64,000 nucleotides of DNA from an uncultured Alphaproteobacteria bacterium (lineage in GTDB: Bacteria; Pseudomonadota; Alphaproteobacteria; ATCC43930; CGMCC-115725), in assembly GCA_963803265.1 (NCBI GenBank), contig CAWDLZ010000017.1, forward strand, positions 52,813 to 116,812, read 5' to 3'. The position numbers and the translations under genes are program-made. This document shows positions 1-10,078 of this stretch, in pieces (the stretch's first letter is position 1; each line of letters begins with the position of its first letter). Below the pieces are notes generated by a model. The model was not told where the DNA came from. It searched no databases and was given only the letters and a program-made list of their open reading frames with translations.

Positions 1-710
1 CCATTCTGCCCGTCATAGCCGAGACGCACCATCGAGCCGTCTTGCAGCGAGACCCGCCCCGAGCCTTGGACTTGAAGGAAAAAAGCGGCGACCGGATCGT
101 CGACCCACAGAATTGCCAGTTGCCGCGCGTCGACCGCCCCGCGCTCGATCTCGGCGCGGCTGGCATAGGGCACCAGCGTGCCGTCAACGACTCGTCCGGC
201 GATGCGCTCGCCGCGCCACGCGGGGCGAAAGCGGCCGAGATCGACCATCACCAGATCGGGCGGCCGTTTCAGTATCGGCGTCGTGTAGGCGCCGCCCGGC
301 CGCCGCGCGCCGTGCAGGAGCGGCTCGTAATAGCCGGTGAACAGGCCCTCGCTGGCGCCGTTATCGCCGGCGAGATAGGCGGTGAAGAAACGCTCGAAGA
401 AGGCGCGCGCGGCGTGGTCATCGGCCGGGACCTGCGGGGCGGCGGCGCAGGCTGCGCGCCAATCGGCAGCGCTGGAATGAAGCGGCATGGCAGCGCTGAC
501 GGCGCCATCGCCGCGCTCCTGCAACTCGGCGCAAGATCTGACGAAAGCCGGCAGCGCCTCGGCGACCGCGTCCTCGCGCCAGCCAGGAAGATCGGCGAAG
601 CTGGCGGGAGCGAGGGTGAGCCGTGGCGGTGGGGGCGCAACGGCGGCGCAGCCGGCGAGGAAAAACAGTCCGAGGATCGGGACGAGCCGCGTCAGGCGCG
701 TCCTCGTCAC
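1..710 (-). CDS. mltA: Membrane-bound lytic murein transglycosylase A (MltA), N-terminal part; 3' end lies beyond the window edge
   Basis: Not in the ORF track because it runs off the window. My reverse-strand translation from GTG at 710 gives VTRTRLTRLVPILGLFFLAGC (lipobox), then GLFTGYYEPLLHGARR and FFLQVQGSGRVSLQDGSMVRLGYDGQN, which are MltA signatures. The frame is consistent from 710 to position 3. Confidence 0.8.
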   Translation of the reverse strand, partial: MTRTRLTRLVPILGLFFLAGCAAVAPPPPRLTLAPASFADLPGWREDAVAEALPAFVRSCAELQERGDGAVSAAMPLHSSAADWRAACAAAPQVPADDHAARAFFERFFTAYLAGDNGASEGLFTGYYEPLLHGARRPGGAYTTPILKRPPDLVMVDLGRFRPAWRGERIAGRVVDGTLVPYASRAEIERGAVDARQLAILWVDDPVAAFFLQVQGSGRVSLQDGSMVRLGYDGQN

Positions 711-711
711 G

Positions 712-1380
712 TCACGGGCTGTGAGTGGCGACGAGCGTCCAGTTGGGATCGCGCGCGTGCAATGGCCGGGCGAAGGTCCAGAAATCGGTCTTTTCGACCG
801 CCTTGTCGGGATCGCCTTCGAGCACCTTGCCATCGGCCGCGCGGGTGACATTGATCTGATCCGAAACAATCTTCGCCGTCACCATGCCGACGTCGTGTTC
901 GACCGTGGTGTCAACGATGGTCGCGGATTTGACCGCGAGCAGCGTCGTCTCCAGGGTCTCTTTCGCGCTCTGGCGGGCGCGCATCGCCTCGCTGAACGCG
1001 GCAAACACGTCCTTGCTCAAGAGCGGCGCGAGCGCGGCGGTGTCGTCGGCGGCGAAAGCGTGGACGATGAGCTCGAACGCGGCGCGCGCGCCTCTGAGAA
1101 AGGCCTCTTCGTCGAAACTCGGATCGGCGGATTGGATCGCAAGCGCCCCCGACATCGCCGCGCCGGGCGGCGCGATGAGGGGCTGCGCCCCGACCGGGAC
1201 GCCCAGGGAAGGTTGACCGACCGCGGGCTGAGCCGGCAGTGGCTTCGCGGGCGAAAAGGGATCTGGGCGCCGGCGTTCATTACCGGTGCGGCGTCCGAGC
1301 ACGCTGCGCAACCGCAGCAGGAGAAATCCCGCCACTGCCGCGAACAGCACGATATCGAAGAACTGGAAGCCGTTATCCAT
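712..1380 (-). CDS. Tim44-like domain-containing membrane protein
   Basis: 222 aa. N-terminal TM helix (FFDIVLFAAVAGFLLLRL) followed by a Tim44-type C-terminal domain (FDEEAFLRGARAAFELIV ... DFWTFAR). It sits in the conserved position between mltA and secB. Confidence 0.8.
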   Translation of the reverse strand: MDNGFQFFDIVLFAAVAGFLLLRLRSVLGRRTGNERRRPDPFSPAKPLPAQPAVGQPSLGVPVGAQPLIAPPGAAMSGALAIQSADPSFDEEAFLRGARAAFELIVHAFAADDTAALAPLLSKDVFAAFSEAMRARQSAKETLETTLLAVKSATIVDTTVEHDVGMVTAKIVSDQINVTRAADGKVLEGDPDKAVEKTDFWTFARPLHARDPNWTLVATHSP

Positions 1381-1510
1381 CGCTCAATCCTTGCTGGTAT
1401 TTAGATAAGCGCTCCGCCGGCAAAGGGCAAGCAGGACGCAACCGGCGCGGGTTGTGCGCCGTGCCGATCCGTGCTAGCCAGCCTCGCGACCGATCCAGCG
1501 GAGGCACGGC

Positions 1511-1990
1511 ATGGCCGAGACGAGCAATGGCGGGACGGCGGCGGTCGATGCGCGGCGCCAGGTAGCCATCAACGCGCAATATATCAAGGATCTGTCGTTC
1601 GAAAATCCGCATGCGCCGCAGAGCCTGCTCGCCCAGCAGGGCGCCCCGCCGGAAGTTCAGATCAACGTCAACGTCAAGGCGCAGGGCATCGCCCAGGATA
1701 TCTATGAGGTCGTAATGACCTTGCGGGCGGATGCCAAAAAAGGCGCCGAAGCCTTGTTCGTGGTCGAACTGGTTTATGGCGCGGTGGTGACGCTCGCCAA
1801 CACCCCGCCCGAGGATGTGGGGCCGGCGCTGATGGTCGAGACGCCGCGCCAGCTCTTTCCTTTCGTGCGCGCGCTGCTGGCGCAGGTGACGCGCGAAGGC
1901 GGCTTCGCGCCCCTCATGCTGAGCCCGATGGACTTCAACGAAATCTATCGCAGCCGCATGGCCCAGCCGCCAGGTCCGATCGCCGTCTAG
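1511..1990 (+). CDS. secB: Protein-export chaperone SecB
   Basis: 159 aa. QYIKDLSFENPHAP, FVVELVYGAVV and LFPFVRALLAQVTREGGFAPLMLSPMDF give a full-length SecB pattern. Confidence 0.95.
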   Translation: MAETSNGGTAAVDARRQVAINAQYIKDLSFENPHAPQSLLAQQGAPPEVQINVNVKAQGIAQDIYEVVMTLRADAKKGAEALFVVELVYGAVVTLANTPPEDVGPALMVETPRQLFPFVRALLAQVTREGGFAPLMLSPMDFNEIYRSRMAQPPGPIAV

Positions 1991-2092
1991 CGCGCGGTCC
2001 ATTCAAGTCGAATCGGACCGCTGCTCCAGATTATCGATTGGGTCGCATTTTCGACGGCGAACCGGTACCCACTTCGCCGGAAAATGCTCTAG
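1991..2092. repeat. ~100-nt palindromic intergenic repeat, copy 1 (second copy at 34889-34989)
   Basis: Manual alignment to 34889-34989 gives about 90 percent identity. It contains the inverted repeat GCATTTTC(GA)CGGCGAA ... TTCGCCGGAAAATGC (15 bp stem, 11-nt loop) and lies between the convergent genes secB and dnaQ. Confidence 0.85.
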
Positions 2093-2103
2093 CGCGGCAG
2101 AGC

Positions 2104-2772
2104 CTATGATTTCCAGAGCGGGTTCTTTAGCTTGGCCAGGAAGGCGTCATGCGCCGCGCTCTCCTGCGGCGCAGGCGCATGCGGCCGTGGCGCACGCCAA
2201 GCCCGCGGCGCGCCACCGCCTGGTTCCCGATTGCCGCGCGCAGCGGCGAGATCGAATCCCGGCTGCCTGCCGCCGATCAGCTCGAGATAGACGGAAGCCA
2301 AGAGCTCGCCATCGATCAGCGCGCCGTGCTTGTCGCGCCCGCTGAGGTCGATCGCGAAGCGCCGGCACAGCGCATCGAGGCTCGCGGGTTGGCCCGGGAA
2401 GCGCCGCCGCGCCAGCAGCAGCGTATCGGTCACCGGCACGGCGAGCGCCGGCAGCTCGATCCGCCGCAATTCGGCGTTGATGAAGCCGAGATCGAATTCC
2501 GCGTTATGGATGACGACCGGATCGCCGGCGACGAATTCGAGGAATTCGCGCGCCACGGCGGCGAACACCGGATATCCGCCGAGAAATTCGGCGCTGAGCC
2601 CGTGGATCGCCCGCGCGGCCTCGGGCATGTCGCGCTCGGGATTGACATAGCGGTGGAACGTCGCGCCGGTGGGAAGATGATTCGCGAGCTCGATCGCCGC
2701 GAGCTCGACGATGCGGTGACCGTCGCCCGGATCGAGGCCGGTGGTTTCGGTATCGATGACGACCTCGCGCAT
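2104..2772 (-). CDS. dnaQ: DNA polymerase III subunit epsilon (3'-5' proofreading exonuclease)
   Basis: 222 aa. Exo motifs VVIDTETTGLDP, HNAEFDLGFIN and HGALIDGELLASVYLEL. Confidence 0.9.
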   Translation of the reverse strand: MREVVIDTETTGLDPGDGHRIVELAAIELANHLPTGATFHRYVNPERDMPEAARAIHGLSAEFLGGYPVFAAVAREFLEFVAGDPVVIHNAEFDLGFINAELRRIELPALAVPVTDTLLLARRRFPGQPASLDALCRRFAIDLSGRDKHGALIDGELLASVYLELIGGRQPGFDLAAARGNREPGGGAPRAWRAPRPHAPAPQESAAHDAFLAKLKNPLWKS

Positions 2773-2777
2773 GACGC

Positions 2778-3386
2778 CTACTCTAGCGCGGCGCCGTTGC
2801 GTGCGCCAAGCCGGGCGAGCGCAGCGCGCAAGCGGCGCCAGGTGAAGGCTCGGCCCAGCCCGCTCGGCACGATAAAATCGGCGCGCTTGCGCTTGTCGCG
2901 ATCGCTCATCTGGCGCGCTCGGATCGCGGCCAGCCGGGCCGGGTTCATGCCCGGACGCGCCAGCACGCGCGCGCGCTGCAGGAATTCGGGCGCGGTCATC
3001 ACCACGGTCGCGTCGTAGCCGCGCTGGCGGGTGGATTCGAAGAGAAGCGGCACATCCATCACGACGAGACCGGCGCGGCGGTTTCGCACGCGGCGGAGAA
3101 ACCGGGCCTCGTCCTCGCGGACCCGGGGATGGATGATCGCCTCTAAGCGCTTCAGCGCCGCCTCGTCGCCGAAGACACGTGCCGCCAAAGCCGCGCGGTC
3201 GATCGCGCCATCCTTCGCGACACCCGGAAAAGCCGCCGCGACTGCCGCGACCGCATCGCCGCCCCTGGCCATCATCCGATGCACCGCGAGGTCCGCGTCA
3301 TAAACCGGCACGCCCATCCGCCGCAGCATCGCGGCGGCAGTACTCTTGCCCATGCCGACGCTGCCGGTAAGGCCGAGGACTTTCAT
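2778..3386 (-). CDS. coaE: Dephospho-CoA kinase
   Basis: 202 aa. P-loop GLTGSVGMGKST. 4-nt start/stop overlap with aroE. Confidence 0.9.
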   Translation of the reverse strand: MKVLGLTGSVGMGKSTAAAMLRRMGVPVYDADLAVHRMMARGGDAVAAVAAAFPGVAKDGAIDRAALAARVFGDEAALKRLEAIIHPRVREDEARFLRRVRNRRAGLVVMDVPLLFESTRQRGYDATVVMTAPEFLQRARVLARPGMNPARLAAIRARQMSDRDKRKRADFIVPSGLGRAFTWRRLRAALARLGARNGAALE

Positions 3387-4234
3387 GGCGCGGCGAGGGT
3401 CGCGAGCACGGCCTGGCGCAGACCGGGCGAAACCTCGGGTCTAACGCCGAACCACGCCTCGAAACCCGGCTGCGCCTGATGGAGCAGCATGCCCAGCCCG
3501 TCGACGCAAGCATTCCCGCGCGCGCGCGCCGCCGCCAGCAGCGGCGTCTCGAGCGGCGCATAGACGATGTCGTTAACCGCCGCCGCGCGCGGGAGGGCGT
3601 CGAGCGGCAGCTCGAGCGCCGGCTGGCCGGTCATGCCGAGGCTGGTCGCGTTCACCAGCAGCGCCGCGCCGGCCAAGGCCTGTGCGCGGCGCTCCCACGC
3701 GACGGCGCGAACCGGACCGCCGAGTTGCTTGGCGAGCTTGGCGGCGCGCTCGGGCGTGCGGTTCACGAGACGCACCTCTTGCGCGCCTTCGTCGATCAGG
3801 GCCGCGACGATCGCGCGCGCGGCCCCGCCTGCGCCCAGGACCACCGCCGGGCCCGCCGCGGCGTCGAATCCGGCGAGATCGGCGCGTAGCGCGGCGATGA
3901 AGCCGTAGCCGTCGGTGCTGCTGCCGTGGATCGAGCCATCGGGGCGCACCACGACGGTATTGACGCCGCCGGCGCGCTTGGCCGATGGGTCGTAATCGTC
4001 GACCGCGAGCAGCGCCTGCTCTTTGTGGGGAATGGTCAGGTTGCAACCGGCGAATCCGAGCGCCGGCAGCGCCGCCAACGCGCGGCGCAGATTCTCGGGT
4101 TTCACCGCCAGCGGAACGTAAGCGCCGTCGATCCCGTATTCCTCGATCCAATAGCCATGAAGCACGGGCGAACGCGAATGGGCGACCGGCCATCCCATCA
4201 CCCCGGCGAGCTTGGCGGCGCCGGTGATGGTCAT
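3383..4234 (-). CDS. aroE: Shikimate dehydrogenase
   Basis: 283 aa. GVMGWPVAHSRSPVLHGYW, NLTIPHK and the GAGGAARA Rossmann motif. Confidence 0.9.
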   Translation of the reverse strand: MTITGAAKLAGVMGWPVAHSRSPVLHGYWIEEYGIDGAYVPLAVKPENLRRALAALPALGFAGCNLTIPHKEQALLAVDDYDPSAKRAGGVNTVVVRPDGSIHGSSTDGYGFIAALRADLAGFDAAAGPAVVLGAGGAARAIVAALIDEGAQEVRLVNRTPERAAKLAKQLGGPVRAVAWERRAQALAGAALLVNATSLGMTGQPALELPLDALPRAAAVNDIVYAPLETPLLAAARARGNACVDGLGMLLHQAQPGFEAWFGVRPEVSPGLRQAVLATLAAP

Positions 4235-4818
4235 GTCTCGAGCGCGCCGGCGCCGCGCAGGAAATCGAGCAGCGGCAGCAACGGCAAACCGAGAATGGCG
4301 AAGTAATCGCCTTCGATCCGCGCCATCAACTGCGCGCCCAGGCCTTCAAGCTCGTAGCCGCCTACCGTGGCCAGTACGCGCCGGCCCATCGCCGCAAGAT
4401 AGCGGTCGAGGAAGTCGTCGCTGAACCGCCGCATGGTCAGATGCGCTCGCTCGAGCGCGCGCCACAGCACGGCATCGTCGCGCACTATCGCCGCGGCGGT
4501 GACGAGCTCGTGTCGCGTGCCATTGAGCGCCTCGAGCTGCGCGCGCGCCTCTTCGAGATTCGCCGGCTTGTCGAACCAGGCGCCGCCGCATTCGAGCATC
4601 TGGTCGGCGCCCAGCACCAGTGCCCCCCGATGCCGCGCCGCGACCGCGCGCGCCTTCGCTTCCGCCAAGAGCCCGGCGCAATCGTCCACTCCGCGGCCCG
4701 CCGCGCGGCCTTCGGCCTTGAGCCGGGCCTCATCGATAGACGCCGGATCGGTTTCGATCGCGAGCCCGGCCGCCGACAGTAGCCGGGCGCGCGCCGCGCT
4801 GGACGAGGCGAGAACCAA
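4231..4818 (-). CDS. maf: Maf-like nucleoside triphosphate pyrophosphatase
   Basis: 195 aa. Maf family pattern (LVLGADQ ... GGYELEG ... IEGDYFAILGLPL). Overlaps the aroE start by 4 nt. Confidence 0.85.
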   Translation of the reverse strand: MVLASSSAARARLLSAAGLAIETDPASIDEARLKAEGRAAGRGVDDCAGLLAEAKARAVAARHRGALVLGADQMLECGGAWFDKPANLEEARAQLEALNGTRHELVTAAAIVRDDAVLWRALERAHLTMRRFSDDFLDRYLAAMGRRVLATVGGYELEGLGAQLMARIEGDYFAILGLPLLPLLDFLRGAGALET

Positions 4819-4824
4819 CGTCGC

Positions 4825-5643
4825 TCATTCTTCCCGGCCGCGATTTCGCGCGAGCAGCTTCAAGATCGCCGCCGCGGTCTCCTCGATCGAGCGGCGGCTG
4901 ACATCGATGACCGGCCAGCTTTTCTCGGTAAAGAGCCGGCGCGCCTGGGTGACCTCGGCGCGCACCTTGACGAGATCGGTGTATTCGCTTCGCTCTTCAT
5001 GGTGGAGCGAGGACAGTCTTTGGCTGCGGACCTGGATCAGCCGGTCGGGATCGTTGGTCAGGCCGACGATCAGCGGGCCGCTGAGTTGAAGCAGCTCGTC
5101 GGGCAAGGGCACGCCCGGCACGATCGGCACGTTGGCGGCCTTGATCCCGCGATTGGCGAGATAAATGCACGTCGGCGTCTTCGAGGTTCGTGACACCCCG
5201 ACCAGAACCACATCGGCATCCGGCAAGCCCCAGAGCGACTGGCCGTCATCATGGGCGAGAGCAAAGCTCATCGCATCGATACGCCGAAAATATTCGTTGT
5301 CGAGCAGATGCTGCCGGCCGGGCAACCCCCGCGCCTGGCGGCCGAGATAGGAGGCGAGGGCGCCGATCACCGGATCGAGCACCGGAATGGCCGGCACTTG
5401 CAAGCGCCTGCAGCCCTCGATCAAGGGCTGGCGAAGAGTCTCGTTGACCAAGGTGTAGAGAACCACGCCCGGATTGGCGCCAACGCCGGCGATGATGCGC
5501 TCAACCTGGGATTTGGTGCGGATCATCGACCAGATATGCTCGACCGCGTCGGAATCCTCGAACTGCGCGAGACAAGCCCGGGCGACCGAATAAACCGTGT
5601 CGCCGGTCGAATCGGAAACCAAATGGACGTGAACGCGCGTCAC
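4825..5643 (-). CDS. Pyruvate,phosphate dikinase / PEP synthetase regulatory protein (DUF299 kinase-pyrophosphorylase)
   Basis: 272 aa. HVHLVSDSTGDT and VLVGVSRTSKTPTCIYLANRG motifs, typical of PpsR/PdrP. Confidence 0.85.
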   Translation of the reverse strand: MTRVHVHLVSDSTGDTVYSVARACLAQFEDSDAVEHIWSMIRTKSQVERIIAGVGANPGVVLYTLVNETLRQPLIEGCRRLQVPAIPVLDPVIGALASYLGRQARGLPGRQHLLDNEYFRRIDAMSFALAHDDGQSLWGLPDADVVLVGVSRTSKTPTCIYLANRGIKAANVPIVPGVPLPDELLQLSGPLIVGLTNDPDRLIQVRSQRLSSLHHEERSEYTDLVKVRAEVTQARRLFTEKSWPVIDVSRRSIEETAAAILKLLARNRGREE

Positions 5644-6026
5644 GCGATACCCCGGTATTCACGGTGCATGAATTGGGGAGAAGCCTTCCCGGCCGGCTCA
5701 ATTCCTGGAACGACACTGTCTGTCATCGATGCGTCCGTTGCTTCGAAACCGATGGATAACATTCTCAACCGGTCCGCCGATCGGGGACAAGTCATGCTCG
5801 CCCATCATCCATCCCCGGCTTTCCCGATCGTCCGCGACTCGAATAATGGTTTTGTTTCCGCGGCCATGTCAAAATCGCCGTGACCTTATACACGAAATCG
5901 GCAGCCCTCGCTGAAGCGAGATGCCCGGTTGCGGATAGAGTAGAGCCGTTTTCTAATCCCCGATTCCCACCGTGCTACTACCACCTCTATCTTTAGATTC
6001 TAAAGAAGACAGAGTAAGAGCAGGGG
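5644..6026. promoter_or_regulatory. Divergent promoter region upstream of hemE; candidate hemE-linked chromosomal origin (oriC)
   Basis: 383-bp non-coding gap next to hemE, the usual oriC position in Caulobacter and rhizobia. GC drops toward 5930-6025. Only degenerate DnaA-box-like 9-mers are present (GATGGATAA at 5751, TTATACACG at 5886). Weak evidence. Confidence 0.3.
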
Positions 6027-7061
6027 ATGGACAGTGCGGGCAAGCCGATCCTGAAGGCGCTCCACGGCGAGAGCTCTCGCCGGGTACCGTTCTGGCTGAT
6101 GCGACAGGCCGGACGCTACCTGCCCGAGTACCGCGCGTTGCGTGAAAGAGCCGGAGGTTTTCTCGATCTGTGTTACACGCCCGAGCTTGCCGCCGAGGCG
6201 ACCTTGCAGCCGATTCGCCGTTTCGGCATGGACGCGGCGATCCTGTTCTCCGACATTCTGCTGGTGCCGCAAGCCATGGGCCAGAAACTCTGGTTCACTT
6301 CTGGCGAAGGTCCGGCGCTCGAGCCGATCCGCTCGTTGGAGCAAGCGACGGCGCTGCAAGCGGATAACGTTGTCGACCGGCTGGAACCGGTTTACCGCGC
6401 GGCTGCGTTGGTCGCCGGCAGATTGCCGCCGCAAGTGGCATTGATCGGCTTTGCCGGTGCGCCCTGGACGGTCGCCACTTATATGGTCGAGGGCGGATCG
6501 AGCCGCGATTTTTCCCGCATCAAGGAATGGATTGGCGAGGACCCGGCGGGGTTTTCCGTGCTGATCGATCGCCTGGTAGCGGCGACATCGGCGCATCTCA
6601 TCGCGCAGATCGCGGCCGGCGTCGAGGTAGTGCAGCTCTTCGATACCTGGGCCGGAATCGTCCCGGATGCGGATTTCGGTCGGCTGGTGATCGAGCCGAC
6701 GCGGCGGATCGTCGAAGCCGTGCGGCAGCGGTACCCCGATGTGCCGGTGATCGGCTTTCCGCGCGGCATCGGCGCGCGCTATTCGGCATATTTCAAGGAA
6801 ACCGGCGTGACCGCGCTTAGCATCGACGCCAGCGTGCCGCCCGAGCGCGCGGCCATGACGCTACAGCCCTTGGGCGCGGTGCAGGGCAATCTCGATCCGC
6901 GAATCCTGGTCAAGGGCGGCGAGGCGCTGCGATCGGCGACAGAGACGATTCTCGCGGCGCTTGGCCATGGACCGTTCGTGTTCAATCTCGGCCATGGCGT
7001 CACCCCGGAGACGCCGCTCGATCATGTTGCCGATCTCGCCGCGTTGATTCGGGGCGCATGA
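6027..7061 (+). CDS. hemE: Uroporphyrinogen decarboxylase
   Basis: 344 aa. PFWLMRQAGRYLPEY signature and full-length match pattern. Confidence 0.95.
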   Translation: MDSAGKPILKALHGESSRRVPFWLMRQAGRYLPEYRALRERAGGFLDLCYTPELAAEATLQPIRRFGMDAAILFSDILLVPQAMGQKLWFTSGEGPALEPIRSLEQATALQADNVVDRLEPVYRAAALVAGRLPPQVALIGFAGAPWTVATYMVEGGSSRDFSRIKEWIGEDPAGFSVLIDRLVAATSAHLIAQIAAGVEVVQLFDTWAGIVPDADFGRLVIEPTRRIVEAVRQRYPDVPVIGFPRGIGARYSAYFKETGVTALSIDASVPPERAAMTLQPLGAVQGNLDPRILVKGGEALRSATETILAALGHGPFVFNLGHGVTPETPLDHVADLAALIRGA

Positions 7062-8095
7062 GCAAGATCGCGGTGGTGCTGATGAATTTGGGGGGCCCCG
7101 ATTCCGCCGCGGCGGTCGAGCCGTTTCTGTTCAATTTGTTTTACGACCGGGCGATCATCGCCTTGCCCAATCCGTTGCGCTGGCTCGTGGCCAAGCTGAT
7201 CGCGCATCGGCGCGGGCCGGTGGCCCGGGAAATCTATGCGAAGATCGGCAATGCCTCGCCGCTTCTGCCCAATACCGAGGCGCAAGCTTCGGCGCTGCAG
7301 CAATCGCTTGGGCCGGACCGGCGGGTTTTCATAGCCATGCGCTATTGGCAACCGCGCGCCCCCGAGGCCGTAGCCGCGGTCAAGGAATGGGGCCCGGATG
7401 AGGTGGTTCTGCTGCCGCTCTATCCGCAATTCTCGAGCACGACGACGGCGTCGTCCTTCGCGGATTGGCATGACGCGGCGGCGGCGGCGGGACTTGTCCG
7501 ACCGACCCATTCGGTATGTTGCTATCCGTCCGAGAGCGGGCTGATTGCCGCGCTCGCCAATTTGACGCGGCGGGCGCTGGCGGAATGGCCGGAAAACCGG
7601 GCGCCGCCGCGAATCCTGCTGTCGGCTCACGGGCTGCCCAAACGCATTGTCGCGCGCGGCGATCCTTATCAGGCGCAGATCGAGGAAACGGCGGCGGCTC
7701 TGCGGCAAGCCATCGGCCGCCCTGATCTTGAAAGCGTTGTCTGTTATCAAAGCCGGGTCGGACCGCTCGAATGGCTGGGACCGGCGACCGATGCCGAGAT
7801 CCGCCGCGCCGGGCGGGACGGGGTCGGGCTGGTGGTGGTGCCGATCGCCTTCGTATCCGAGCATTCCGAGACGCTGGTGGAGCTCGGCATGGATTACCGC
7901 CATCTCGCGCAGAAGAGCGGCGTGCCGCTGTACCGGCTCGTGGCGACGGTCGGCACCGCGCCGCGGTTTATCGCCGGCCTCGCCGATCTGGTCGATGCCG
8001 CAAGCAAGGCGGGCACGCGAGTGCCCTGGCCGCAAGGCGGAGCGCGGCGCTGTGGCGAAGCCCTGGCGCTCTGCCCATGCCGCGAGCAGCCATGA
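7058..8095 (+). CDS. hemH: Ferrochelatase
   Basis: 345 aa. VVLMNLGGPDS, LLPLYPQFSSTT and SAHGLP motifs. 4-nt overlap with hemE. Confidence 0.9.
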   Translation: MSKIAVVLMNLGGPDSAAAVEPFLFNLFYDRAIIALPNPLRWLVAKLIAHRRGPVAREIYAKIGNASPLLPNTEAQASALQQSLGPDRRVFIAMRYWQPRAPEAVAAVKEWGPDEVVLLPLYPQFSSTTTASSFADWHDAAAAAGLVRPTHSVCCYPSESGLIAALANLTRRALAEWPENRAPPRILLSAHGLPKRIVARGDPYQAQIEETAAALRQAIGRPDLESVVCYQSRVGPLEWLGPATDAEIRRAGRDGVGLVVVPIAFVSEHSETLVELGMDYRHLAQKSGVPLYRLVATVGTAPRFIAGLADLVDAASKAGTRVPWPQGGARRCGEALALCPCREQP

Positions 8096-8540
8096 CCGCG
8101 CTGGTGCCGTTTTTTCCCTGGATCAAGGCGCTGCATATCATCGCCGTGGTCGCGTGGATGGCGGGGCTGCTCTATCTGCCGCGGCTCTACGTCTATCATG
8201 TCGCCGCGGCGCCCGGCTCGGAAATGTCCGGAGACCTTCAAGGTGATGGAGCGGCGCCTGTTGCGCGCGATCATGCACCCGGCGCTGATCGCGACCTATC
8301 TCTTCGGCGCGTTGCTGGCGGCGACGCCCGGCGCGGTGGATTGGAGCGAAGGTTGGATTTATGCCAAGTTGGCGCTGGTCGCGGCGCTGACCGTCGTTCC
8401 ATTATGAAATGTCGGTCTGGCGCAAGGACTTCGCCGCCGACCGCAATCGCCGCTCGGCGCGGTTCTATCGCTTGGTGAACGAGGTCCCGACGCTGCTGCT
8501 GATCGGGATCGTTGTCCTGGTCGTGGTGAAACCGTTCTGA
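8092..8540 (+). pseudogene. hemJ: Protoporphyrinogen IX oxidase HemJ (UPF0093/CopD-like), reading frame broken by two +1 frameshifts (possibly sequence errors)
   Basis: Three consecutive frames read MTALVPFFPWIKALHIIAVVAWMAGLLYLPRLYVYH..GSEMS / ETFKVMERRLLRAIMHPALIATYLFG...LTVV / HYEMSVWRKDFAADRNRRSARFYRLVNEVPTLLLIGIVVLVVVKPF. Shifts at about 8227-8230 and about 8399. Length is 449 nt = 3n+2. Confidence 0.8.
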
Positions 8541-8791
8541 GCGGGGCAGGTTTTTGGCATTTGACTTCCTCCAGGCTTTTCGGCTAAGGGTGAGCTTGCC
8601 CGATCGGGCGTTCCCAGTCTCCTCGACGACCATCTCGTAAGCTATCTGCGGTCATCGGACTGGAGCCATTGCCCCATCCGGCACCGACGTGCCATCGCGG
8701 CCGCGAACCGGCCCGCATCCAGCCACTTAATGCTCGGCGTAGCGCCGGGCCGCCCCCACCCCCACCCAAATCGCCCTCAGAGCTTAGGCCC

Positions 8792-10049
<1,258 letters not shown>

Positions 10050-10078
10050 TTTGATCGCGATCGGGCGATAACCGACGG

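Noticed and set aside
42-848. 268-aa plus-strand ORF at the window start.
   Set aside because: The opposite strand encodes a convincing MltA N-terminus with a lipobox and conserved motifs. The plus-strand translation is low-complexity.
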